Part shown: positions 55,281 to 63,470 of the stretch, one piece after another
How the letters are laid out: every line of letters starts with the position of its first letter
Numbering within the stretch: the first letter of the stretch is position 1
From: Haloarculaceae archaeon
GTDB taxonomy: Archaea > Halobacteriota > Halobacteria > Halobacteriales > Haloarculaceae
Length of the DNA: 63,470 nucleotides
NCBI GenBank assembly: GCA_042219595.1
Contig: JBDGPQ010000073.1
Location: forward strand, 1-63,470
Direction of reading: 5' to 3'
Notes under the pieces: model-generated
Told to the model about the DNA's origin: nothing
The model's input: the letters and a program-made list of their open reading frames with translations, nothing else
Databases searched by the model: none
Made by a program: the position numbers and the translations under genes

Positions 55281-56966
55281 ATGGAATACGCGGCGCTGGT
55301 CGACATCTACGAGCGCCTTGAGGCCACCCAAGCCGACCATGAACTCAGAGATATCGTAGCAGAGGTACTCGCGGCTGCCGACGACGAGCACTTACCCATC
55401 GTGGTAACGCTGCTCAGAGGTGACCCTTTTGCGGCTTGGCAGCCCGACGAGCTCGGCCTTTCATCGAACTTGACACTTGAAGCAATCGCCCGTGCGACCG
55501 GTGTGGATGAGAATGAGATCGAAGACCGTTGGCGGGAAACCGGAGACCTTGGTAGCGCAGCGGAATGGGCCGTCGCAAACGCCCCCCAACAAACACTCGT
55601 AACCGACGAACTCAGGCTCGTGGAAGTCTACGAAAAGCTCCGGGAAATCGCCGAGTATGAGGGTAAGGGGAGCCAAGGACGCCGTATCAACGCCGTTGCC
55701 GGATTGTTGGCGGATGCAGACCCAGTTGCGGCCAAGTATATCGTTCGAACGGTCCTAGGACACCTGCGATTGGGAATTGGGGAGGGGACGATCCGTGACG
55801 GAATCGCAGCAGCTTTCCTGAACTCCACCGACGAGGACGCCGTAAGCGCGGTCGAACGCGCGTTTCAAGTGACCAATGACTACCGCGTCGTTGCGGAGGT
55901 TGCACGAGACGAGGGGCATGCCGGCCTCGAAGCACTCGAGGTCGAACTCGGCCGGCCACTCGGGGTAATGCTCGCACGGAAGGCCGAGGATCTGGTCGAT
56001 GCTTTCGACACAGTTGCGCCGGAAGGAGAAGCACTCTTGGAGTATAAATTAGATGGCTTTCGGATTCAGATTCATATCGATGGGAACGATGTCACGGTAT
56101 TCACCCGTCGACTCGAAGATGTCACGGCCCAATTTCCGGAAGTCGTCGAATGGGTCCGAAAATCGGTGAATGCCGAGACAGCCATACTCGAAGGGGAAGT
56201 GATCGCGGAAGATCCGGACACTGGTGAACCGCTGCCTTTCCAAGAGCTCTCCCGCCGTATCAAGCGGAAGTACGATGTGGCGGAACTCCGTGAAACCGTC
56301 CCGGTGTCGGTCCATCTCTTCGATCTCCTGTACCTCGACGAAGCTGACTATCTCGAGGAGTCTCTCGATGTCCGACTTGAGGCCCTCGACAGCATCCTCG
56401 AACCGCTCGGTGGATCATTCGACCGCGTCGCCCACCGTCGGACGGATTCGCTCAGTGCCGCTGAGTCATTTTACGAATCAGCTCTCGAGTCGGGTCATGA
56501 AGGTATTATGGCGAAGAATCTAGACGCAGCCTATCAACCGGGGCGACGCGTTGGCTATGCAGTCAAGGTAAAGCCGACGATGGAGCCGCTTGACCTGACG
56601 GTGGTACGCGCGAAGTGGTCGGAGGGGCGGCGGCGAAACCGTCTCGGCCGGTTGTTTCTCGGCTGTCGTGACACCGAATCCGGTGACTGGTCAGAGTGTG
56701 GTCGGCTGTCGACCGGATTCTCGGACGAAGAACTCGCCGAAATAACCGAGCGACTTGAGCCAACTATCCAGTCCCAGGACGGTCGCGAAGTCCACTTCGA
56801 TCCTTCGATCGTCATCCAAGTTGCCTACGAGGAGATTCAGGAATCCCCGGAATATGATTCAGGATACGCACTCAGATTCCCCCGATTCGAGGGGTTCCGT
56901 GATGATCTGGACCTACAGGATGTGGACACAATCGAGCGACTCGAACACCTTTTTCAGCATCAATGA
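55281..56966 (+). CDS. lig: ATP-dependent DNA ligase
   Basis: The adenylation motif I is EYKLDGFRIQIH. Later motifs are EGEVIA, LFDLLY, GHEGIMAK and VKVKP. I prefer the ATG at 55281 (MEYAALVDIYERLEAT). Confidence 0.9.
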   Translation: MEYAALVDIYERLEATQADHELRDIVAEVLAAADDEHLPIVVTLLRGDPFAAWQPDELGLSSNLTLEAIARATGVDENEIEDRWRETGDLGSAAEWAVANAPQQTLVTDELRLVEVYEKLREIAEYEGKGSQGRRINAVAGLLADADPVAAKYIVRTVLGHLRLGIGEGTIRDGIAAAFLNSTDEDAVSAVERAFQVTNDYRVVAEVARDEGHAGLEALEVELGRPLGVMLARKAEDLVDAFDTVAPEGEALLEYKLDGFRIQIHIDGNDVTVFTRRLEDVTAQFPEVVEWVRKSVNAETAILEGEVIAEDPDTGEPLPFQELSRRIKRKYDVAELRETVPVSVHLFDLLYLDEADYLEESLDVRLEALDSILEPLGGSFDRVAHRRTDSLSAAESFYESALESGHEGIMAKNLDAAYQPGRRVGYAVKVKPTMEPLDLTVVRAKWSEGRRRNRLGRLFLGCRDTESGDWSECGRLSTGFSDEELAEITERLEPTIQSQDGREVHFDPSIVIQVAYEEIQESPEYDSGYALRFPRFEGFRDDLDLQDVDTIERLEHLFQHQ

Positions 56967-57937
56967 ATCTCAGATATGGAGATGGCCTTCGCCTTGACTT
57001 GCCAACGGGAGAACGCATTGTCGCGGACGCGAATCGACCCGGCGGTGACGTTGCGTTCGTAAGTCATGCACATGGCGATCATCTCTATCGCGAGCCACCG
57101 GAGGCGGTCGTCTGGTCGGAATTAACGCGCGATCTTGCAGCAGTACGGCGGGATGGGTACCCGCTGCCCGACCGGACACTACATCCACATATCGAGTTGT
57201 TCGATGCAGGTCATGTCCCGGGCTCGAGAGCCGCACTCATCGAGGCTGAACAGTCGGTGCTCTACACCGGCGACGTGTGCACGCGCGATCGGCTTTACCT
57301 ATCAGGGTTCGATCCGCCAGCCGCGGATGTGCTTGTCATGGAGTCCACGTATGGTCACCCCGACTACGAATTCCCGCCCGTCGAGCATGTGCGCGATAGC
57401 TTTCGCGAGTGGGTGGCCGACCATTCGGATCGGCCAATCCTCTGCTTTGGGTACGCACTTGGGCGAGCTCAGGAGGTTGAATACCTTCTTGGAGAGACCG
57501 ATCGCGACCGGATCCTCATCTCCGACGCAATCGCCGATCTCGACGCAGTGATAGAGGAACATCTCGGAATCGACCTGCCCGGGGAAAATTATGATTCGTT
57601 AGATGAGTTCGGTGCAGGCGATGCACTCGTGCTGCCATCCCGGTTTCGTGGTGGCTGGGTCGATGACCTTATCGAGCGGACAGGAGCGGTGACTGCTGGG
57701 CTGTCTGGGTGGGCTATCGACGGCGGATTCCGCTTTGCCCGCGACGTCGATGCTGCGTTCGTCCTTTCGGACCATTGTGACTTCACCGAACTCGTGAATC
57801 TCGTGCATGAAGTCGACCCTGAAACGGTATATACACTTCATGGAAGCGCGGATGACTTCGCCGCATACCTCTCCACCGAACATGGCTATGACGCGACGGC
57901 ACTGAAACGCCATCAATCCCGCCTTTCGGAATTCTAG
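56963..57937 (+). CDS. Metallo-beta-lactamase-fold nuclease (ligase-associated exonuclease-like)
   Basis: The motif is HAHGDH (HxHxDH). Its ATG overlaps the ligase stop (ATGA). It is about 324 aa. Confidence 0.75.
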   Translation: MNLRYGDGLRLDLPTGERIVADANRPGGDVAFVSHAHGDHLYREPPEAVVWSELTRDLAAVRRDGYPLPDRTLHPHIELFDAGHVPGSRAALIEAEQSVLYTGDVCTRDRLYLSGFDPPAADVLVMESTYGHPDYEFPPVEHVRDSFREWVADHSDRPILCFGYALGRAQEVEYLLGETDRDRILISDAIADLDAVIEEHLGIDLPGENYDSLDEFGAGDALVLPSRFRGGWVDDLIERTGAVTAGLSGWAIDGGFRFARDVDAAFVLSDHCDFTELVNLVHEVDPETVYTLHGSADDFAAYLSTEHGYDATALKRHQSRLSEF

Positions 57938-58023
57938 TTCAACGCACAGCTGGTTGCGTCATCGGTGGGCCGCCTCGGTCCATGGCATCTGTTATCTTGG
58001 ATCTCCGTCTGACAGATGTCCGC

Positions 58024-58088
58024 TTCCAGTTGAAACAGGTCGCACGGACGTCAGACATGCGTCATAGTCCACTTGAAACACGTCGCAC
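58024..58088 (+). repeat. Two direct ORB-like (origin recognition box-like) repeats, 43-nt period
   Basis: TTCCAGTTGAAACAGGTCGCAC (58024-58045) and GTCCACTTGAAACACGTCGCAC (58067-58088) match at 19 of 22 positions. The core TCCAsTTGAAAC resembles the archaeal ORB core TCCAGTGGAAAC. Confidence 0.5.
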
Positions 58089-58140
58089 ATGCGTCTGACG
58101 ACGATTTGAAGGCGTCCCCCCAGGCGGGCTCATCTGTAAC

Positions 58141-59682
58141 TTACCCTTTGAGAACGTCTTCCAGCCCCTCGAACCGGGAATCCGACAACAATACAGCGGA
58201 CGTCTCTTCCGTTGGGACCGAGAGGCTGATCTCCTTTGTGCGCCCATAGCGGCCCTTCGATACCACGATCGCATTGATGATGCCAAGCATATCGAGCTCA
58301 CTGATCAAATCGGTGACCCGCCGCTGGGTTAGCACATCCATATCAACCCGTTTGCAGAGCTCGGAGTATCGGTTATACACCTCCCCGGTGTTCACCGGAC
58401 CCGTTGCCGCTTCCTCGAGCGAGATTATCGCCATCAGAATGAGTTTGGATTGTGGCGGCAGAGTGCGAACCGCCTCCGCAACCCGGTCGAGCTCTATCTT
58501 CTGTTGGGCTTTCCGAACGTGCTGCTGCTTTACGCGATCGTACTTTGACCGTTCTGCGAGCTCCCCCGCCGTCCGAAGCAAATCAAGTGCCCGTCTGGCA
58601 TCACCGTGCTCCTGAGCGGCAAATGCCGAGCAGAGCGGGATCACCCCCTCATCAAGCGCGTCCGATTTGAACGCGATTGCCGCCCGTTGTTCGAGGATGT
58701 CTTGGAGGTGATTCGCATCATACGGTGGAAAGACGATCTCCTCCTCGCCCAGACTCGACTTGACCCGCGGATCGAGGAAGTCGGTAAATTTGAGATCGTT
58801 ACTGATCCCCATGATTGAGACGCGAGAATTCTCGAGATCGGAGTTCATCCTCGATAAGTTGTAGAGCGTGTCGTCGCCGCTTTTTTCGACGAGTTTGTCG
58901 ACCTCGTCGAGCATGATGACGACAACTCGCTCACGATAATCGACCGCATCGAAGAACGCATTGTAGACCCGGTCTGTCGGCCAGCCGGTCATCGGGACCT
59001 CGTCCTTGCGATCATTCAATTCCTCCTCAAGCGCCTCGATTCGCTCTGAAATGGCGTTGACACTATTGAATTCCGTCGCCTCGACGGTAGTCACGCCGTC
59101 CCGCACGTCAGAGCGTAATGCTCGCAATTGATCGAGGTCTTCTTCGAGTCGAGCCTTGTTTCGTTCAATGAACGTATTAGCGAGTTGAGCGAGGACCCGA
59201 TATTGCGTGTCCGTCACCTCACAGTTGATATACTGCACGAGACACGGGACATCGTATTTTTCCGAGGTAAGCTGGAGCTCCTGACTCACGTATTTCGCCG
59301 ATGCCGTCTTTCCCGTGCCGGTTTTTCCGTAGATGAGGATGTTTGAGGGGGTATCCCCTCGGAGCGCCGATGCCAGGATCGACGCCATCTTGTTGATTTG
59401 TTCCTCACGATGCGGGAGCTTGTTGGGGGTATAGCTCGGCCGCATCACTTCCTTCGATTCAAATATGGGGTCGCCTTGCAGGATGTCGTCGAACAATCCA
59501 CCCTCTGCCTCCGCCGACGCTGGTTCCTCGACGAGTTCTGCGGTGAAGGTTTCCTCGAGCGCCGGCTCCGGGGTATCAGTTCCCGTCGGGGCTGCCCTTA
59601 CCGAACCCCGCGGATGTCGTCCATCCCGTCCATCCTCGGGCGGACTCCCATCTTGTGTCATCTGCGTTTCATCGTCTGTCAT
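58141..59682 (-). CDS. orc1: Orc1/Cdc6 replication initiator (canonical long form, acidic N-terminal extension)
   Basis: It has LPHREEQINKM, Walker A GKTGTGKT, Walker B VIMLDEVD, sensor regions and a C-terminal winged helix. Confidence 0.95.
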   Translation of the reverse strand: MTDDETQMTQDGSPPEDGRDGRHPRGSVRAAPTGTDTPEPALEETFTAELVEEPASAEAEGGLFDDILQGDPIFESKEVMRPSYTPNKLPHREEQINKMASILASALRGDTPSNILIYGKTGTGKTASAKYVSQELQLTSEKYDVPCLVQYINCEVTDTQYRVLAQLANTFIERNKARLEEDLDQLRALRSDVRDGVTTVEATEFNSVNAISERIEALEEELNDRKDEVPMTGWPTDRVYNAFFDAVDYRERVVVIMLDEVDKLVEKSGDDTLYNLSRMNSDLENSRVSIMGISNDLKFTDFLDPRVKSSLGEEEIVFPPYDANHLQDILEQRAAIAFKSDALDEGVIPLCSAFAAQEHGDARRALDLLRTAGELAERSKYDRVKQQHVRKAQQKIELDRVAEAVRTLPPQSKLILMAIISLEEAATGPVNTGEVYNRYSELCKRVDMDVLTQRRVTDLISELDMLGIINAIVVSKGRYGRTKEISLSVPTEETSAVLLSDSRFEGLEDVLKG

Positions 59683-59967
59683 GCGTTCCCTTCCGTGCTT
59701 GCCCGCGCGGGGACGTTGCCCCGGGCGAGCCCTGAAACCGCCCTCTTCGCCCGATATGGGGTGTGACTCGCGCTTCGGTGAAGCACTCCCAATCCATGAG
59801 GGAACCCATTATAAAATTGTCCTTCAACTCAACCATACCAAAGATGTCATTTTGTATTGATAGGATGGAGTCGACTCCGTAGTGCTCCCCATGTCAATAG
59901 ATACCGTCCGACGCGACGGAACAGAAATAATCGCGTGACCGGTTTGTCGACAACTTTAGAGGTTTAG

Positions 59968-60168
59968 TTACCCCTCAGCTGGAAGATCTCCATCCCACTT
60001 CTGCCGACAGGATTCATCGCAGAAGTGAGCGGTCTGGACAGCCCCATCCTCGATCCAGGTGATCACCCGGTGATTTGGATCACGCACGATCGGTTCCCCG
60101 CACGTCGCGCACCTGGGGGCGTCTTCCTCGGAGACGTCCTCCTCCAGGTCCGACGTGGGGTCGACCAT
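59968..60168 (-). CDS. Small acidic zinc-binding protein
   Basis: The 66-aa ORF has CATCG...HFCDESC. Confidence 0.5.
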   Translation of the reverse strand: MVDPTSDLEEDVSEEDAPRCATCGEPIVRDPNHRVITWIEDGAVQTAHFCDESCRQKWDGDLPAEG

Positions 60169-60215
60169 GTTGTCGACTCCTGCGAGTGGCGCCTACTTAA
60201 TCCCACAGATCCGTC

Positions 60216-61397
60216 TCAACGATCCCGGGTTATGGTTTCCCCCGGCCCTGTTCGGGCGTCAGTCGAGAGGCAGACCCCGGCATCAACCGAAGTATCGATC
60301 CCGGTCCGCGTTCCATCACCGGCGACGATGCCGAATTTTCTGCGGCCAGTCGAGACCCGCTGGCCTTTCACCGTGAACTCTACTGGCTCTCCGTCGTGTC
60401 TGAGATTCGCAACGGTCGTGCCAGCGCCGAGGTTGACATCGCGACCGAGCACACTATCGCCGACGTACGAGAGGTGCGGGACGTTGGTTCCCGCCATGAT
60501 AACGCTGTTTTTGACTTCGACGGCATGTCCGACGTGGACGTTTTCGCAGAGCAGTGTCGCTCCACGAATGAAGGCATTCGGTCCGACCGATGCCCCAGAC
60601 CGTACAAGCGTCGGACCTTCGATCACAACACCGGGTTCAATAGTTGCTCCTTCCTCGATGATCACGCGCCCCCGCAGTTGTGCATCGGCTGCAACTTTCC
60701 CGCGGAGTTCGCGTTCAAGTAGCCCGAGTTTCCACTCGTTCGCCGCAAGGAGTTCCCACGGACGCCCGACGCCAAGCCATCGATCCATGCGGACTGCCTG
60801 AACATTACACTCGGCAATGGTGCGTGCAAGAACGTCCGTGAGCTCGTGCTCACCGCGCTCGCTTACGGGCACGTCAAGCCAATTTTTCGCCGCGGCGGGG
60901 AATGCATAAGCACCGACATTGATCAAGTTCGATGGGGGATCCACGGGTTTCTCCACGATCCCATCGATTCGATCTCCCTCGATGTCGAAAACACCGTATT
61001 CGGATGGACTGTCCACCTCGTATGTCCCCACTGCGGGGGCTCCGTCAAGCAATTCTGCAATGCCAGCTGGAGCATACAAGTCGTCTCCGTTAAGGACCGC
61101 AAACGCCCCATCTAAGCGATCAGCGACCGCGCGCACAGCATGGGCTGTTCCGCGTTGCTCCTCCTGGTTCCCGTACGACACGGGGACACCCCGGTATTGC
61201 TCCCCAAAGTAGGATTTGACGTGATCAGCCTCGTAGCCAATGACAAAGATGAGCTCCGTCGCACCGGCGTCAACCGCCGCATCGGCCGTGTGTGCACACA
61301 AGGGCCGATCAGCAACCGGCAGCATAGGCTTGGGCCGGTTGTCTGTGAGGGGCCGCATCCGCGTGCCCTTACCGGCCGCGAGGATGACGACCTGCAT
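60216..61397 (-). CDS. Bifunctional sugar-1-phosphate nucleotidyltransferase / acetyltransferase (GlmU-like)
   Basis: The N-terminus is VILAAGKGTRMRPLT, and the C-terminus has left-handed beta-helix hexapeptide repeats. Confidence 0.85.
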   Translation of the reverse strand: MQVVILAAGKGTRMRPLTDNRPKPMLPVADRPLCAHTADAAVDAGATELIFVIGYEADHVKSYFGEQYRGVPVSYGNQEEQRGTAHAVRAVADRLDGAFAVLNGDDLYAPAGIAELLDGAPAVGTYEVDSPSEYGVFDIEGDRIDGIVEKPVDPPSNLINVGAYAFPAAAKNWLDVPVSERGEHELTDVLARTIAECNVQAVRMDRWLGVGRPWELLAANEWKLGLLERELRGKVAADAQLRGRVIIEEGATIEPGVVIEGPTLVRSGASVGPNAFIRGATLLCENVHVGHAVEVKNSVIMAGTNVPHLSYVGDSVLGRDVNLGAGTTVANLRHDGEPVEFTVKGQRVSTGRRKFGIVAGDGTRTGIDTSVDAGVCLSTDARTGPGETITRDR

Positions 61398-61438
61398 GGG
61401 AAGGCGTCTTTCTGACCACCCAAATCAGTATCGACCCG

Positions 61439-61627
61439 CTATCGCTTTCGGCCACGACGCGCCGATACTGGTGCCCGATCCTCGAAGCTATGCCCGCAAC
61501 TCGGGCAAATTCCCTCCTCGTAGAATTCGATCGGACCAGCCCGGATTTCCGGATCCCAATGGACCCGGTAACCGCAGTTCTCACAGCGGGTGACACGCTT
61601 GGCCATGGGTGACTTTGAGGCGGTCAT
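61439..61627 (-). CDS. Small zinc-ribbon protein
   Basis: Motifs are CENCG...CPSCG. An alternative start is the ATG at 61606. Confidence 0.45.
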   Translation of the reverse strand: MTASKSPMAKRVTRCENCGYRVHWDPEIRAGPIEFYEEGICPSCGHSFEDRAPVSARRGRKR

Positions 61628-61816
61628 TCACAAAAATCCGAGTGCCCGGTTCATAGATGGAATCAACACGCAAATGTCGGTGAGAAAACCAGATTCGCGC
61701 CGCCATCTCTAGCAGCATTACGGAGAACCACGGAGGTAGCCCTGGCCTGCAAGGCGGGGGGACGTCAAATGTGAGCCGGGCGAACGGTTTTGCCTGAGGG
61801 GACCTACCGTTCAGCT

Positions 61817-62272
61817 ATGCCGGTGAATTCCCTCACACCAGACCTCATGGTCGAAGATGTTAGCGAAACCGCTGGCTGGTACAAAGAGATCTTCGATGCG
61901 GAGGTAGTTGCCCGGCTTCCAGATGGGTCCGAGGATCCATGGTGGGTCCAGTTAAAGATTGGCGATGCCGCACTAATGCTCCAGGAGCGAGAATCGCTCT
62001 CAGAGAAGCTGCCCGTTTTCGAGAGTGCTGAGATCGGTGGGTCTGTCGCGTTTTATGTCGATGTTGACGATGCTGAAGCCCTTCGCGATGATCTCGATGC
62101 AGCCGGGGTTGAGATCGTGCAGGATCTCCACGAAACCGATTTCGGATGGGAGCAGTTCGCGGTTGAGGATTGCAATGGCTACGTTCTTTGGTTTGGAGAG
62201 AAGCTGGAAGACGAGCACACGCTCGACATCGGACGCCGTCATCGAGCGTTAGTACACCGACATCACGGGTGA
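61817..62272 (+). CDS. VOC (glyoxalase/bleomycin-resistance) family protein
   Basis: The ATG at 61817 gives MPVNSLTPDLMVEDVSETAGWYKEIFDAEV. The betaalphabetabetabeta module pattern fits. Confidence 0.75.
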   Translation: MPVNSLTPDLMVEDVSETAGWYKEIFDAEVVARLPDGSEDPWWVQLKIGDAALMLQERESLSEKLPVFESAEIGGSVAFYVDVDDAEALRDDLDAAGVEIVQDLHETDFGWEQFAVEDCNGYVLWFGEKLEDEHTLDIGRRHRALVHRHHG

Positions 62273-62331
62273 ACTGCCGCGGGGTCAAACCCCGGGCTAC
62301 TCGGACTCATCCGCCTGAGTAGCGACGTGTC

Positions 62332-63216
62332 TCATACGCTATGAAATGAGGATAGGGGACGGGTCTGGGCTCCCTCCGGTGTGTAGATGCGGACCGGCGA
62401 GTCCGGTTGGAGACCGCGAACCCGGAGATGCAGGGTATAGGAGCCATCTCGATCGATCCGTGCTGCCTCCATATGCTCGCCAGCGACCGCCCATACATAC
62501 TCCCCCGCGTTGGCAGGATCCACAGTCCCGGTTAGTTCCAGAGCTGCCACGCGTGTCGTCGTCTCCGTTTGGAAGGCCGATCCTGCCATCGGGTATCCGC
62601 GCTCCGCCCAGGCATCTGCAGTCCCGAGGAAACCATCATCAAGCGCATATACCGTCTCATATCCTGCCTTTTGGAGCCCCGCCGCTCGTATCGATGAGAG
62701 GTGATGCGGACACCCGCAGTATGTCACAACGCGGTCCCCAGACGGCCAGCCAGGAACCGGACCACCGGCGGAATTTACCCGTGCAGGAGAGTTCACCGCA
62801 CCATAGACATGCGCGTGGGCGTACTGAGACCGACCACGAGCATCGACGAATCGAGCCTCACTCCGCCGGTACCAAGCGACCGCAACATCGATCGGCACCA
62901 GTCGAACCATTTCATCATTGACTGAAAGCGTATCGTAGCTGCCCGGGTTAGTCGATGGCGCGGCAGGCGCGTCGTCAAAAGTCGGTGGGAAACCATCAGC
63001 CGGTTCCGGATCCGGAGGAAAATCCCCGTTCGTGGGCAGCGGCTGCTCTAAATCTCCCGCGTGGACGATGGTGGGCTCAAACGTCGTTGGTGGGGCCGGT
63101 GTGGGGGTCTTTGTTGGCGTGGCCGTGGGCGTCGAGGAACCATCACTTGCGGCACAGCCTGCTAGCCCGGTCAAGAGTCCAGCCCCGAGGATTCGAACAA
63201 CACGACGGCGCTTCAC
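62332..63216 (-). CDS. Rhodanese-domain lipoprotein (Tat/lipobox signal, Thr/Pro linker)
   Basis: It has MKRRRVVRILGAGLLTGLAGC, then TPTATPTKTPTPAPP. The rhodanese active-site loop is VTYCGCPHHLSSIRA. Confidence 0.75.
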   Translation of the reverse strand: MKRRRVVRILGAGLLTGLAGCAASDGSSTPTATPTKTPTPAPPTTFEPTIVHAGDLEQPLPTNGDFPPDPEPADGFPPTFDDAPAAPSTNPGSYDTLSVNDEMVRLVPIDVAVAWYRRSEARFVDARGRSQYAHAHVYGAVNSPARVNSAGGPVPGWPSGDRVVTYCGCPHHLSSIRAAGLQKAGYETVYALDDGFLGTADAWAERGYPMAGSAFQTETTTRVAALELTGTVDPANAGEYVWAVAGEHMEAARIDRDGSYTLHLRVRGLQPDSPVRIYTPEGAQTRPLSSFHSV

Positions 63217-63316
63217 GCGCCGCCGTATCGGGTCGCTTCGGTTAAGGGTGTCGTCGATTCGTGTCGGTACGCTCTTGTGGAATCGACTGCAGACCCCGGC
63301 CTGAGGGTCGTCGCCG

Positions 63317-63470
63317 GTGGCCTACAATCTAAACGCGTTCGAAGTGTTTGTCGTCTCGATTCCCAACCTGCGTCGGTTACTCCTGGGACTCATGCTGGTG
63401 AGTCTCGTCGGCGGGATCGGCGGGGCAATCATACTCTCCGGTCCGGCCGGCATCCCATTGTTTGGTATCG
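63317..63470 (+). CDS. Partial membrane protein (5' end only, runs off the window)
   Basis: The GTG at 63317 opens a frame reading AYNLNAFEVFVVSIPNLRRLLLGLMLVSLVGGIGGAIILSGPAGIPLFGI, with no stop before the window end. Confidence 0.3.
   Translation, partial: MAYNLNAFEVFVVSIPNLRRLLLGLMLVSLVGGIGGAIILSGPAGIPLFGI

Noticed and set aside
59683-59967. Expected origin recognition boxes in the AT-rich spacer upstream of orc1
   Set aside because: I found no copy, in either orientation, of the TCCAsTTGAAAC core seen at 58024-58088. Only weak fragments are present (CCTGAAAC, AGTTGAA). The spacer may still be a DUE or promoter.

Overview
This is a high-GC archaeal chromosome segment, almost certainly from a haloarchaeon. 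The evidence is the acidic proteins, TFB, Orc1/Cdc6, the proteasome beta subunit, a PGF-CTERM glycoprotein, Tat/lipobox signals and leaderless-style gene packing with many ATGA start/stop overlaps.

Gene content in order:
- gyrB-gyrA, with gyrB carrying two inteins.
- Housekeeping genes: arginase-family, epimerase, phosphohexomutase, psmB, purL, tfb, gatCA, rnp4 and mscS.
- A copper nitrite reductase (nirK).
- An SRP (7S) RNA gene lying under spurious ORFs.
- tRNA-Arg(UCG), followed by a transporter/Usp/Lrp/histidine-kinase block separated by low-GC spacers.
- A small catabolic/redox cluster.
- An NAD kinase-IMPase fusion.
- A DNA-transaction neighbourhood at about 46.9-59.7 kb: a short Orc1/Cdc6 paralog with a degenerate RecA/RadB-like partner, endonuclease IV, a membrane-anchored HerA/FtsK-like ATPase, a family-B polymerase with degenerate motifs preceded by a translationally coupled small ORF, ATP-dependent DNA ligase coupled to an MBL-fold nuclease, ORB-like repeats, and a canonical orc1/cdc6.

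I saw no CRISPR array, transposase or integrase. Two genes look frameshifted: a GT4 glycosyltransferase and a small membrane protein.

The most unusual items are the HTH-bearing second GyrB intein, the Orc/RecA-like pair, the PolB-centred repair cluster and the ORB-like repeats. None is proven to be a new system from sequence alone. All product calls come from reading motifs by eye, with no database search.
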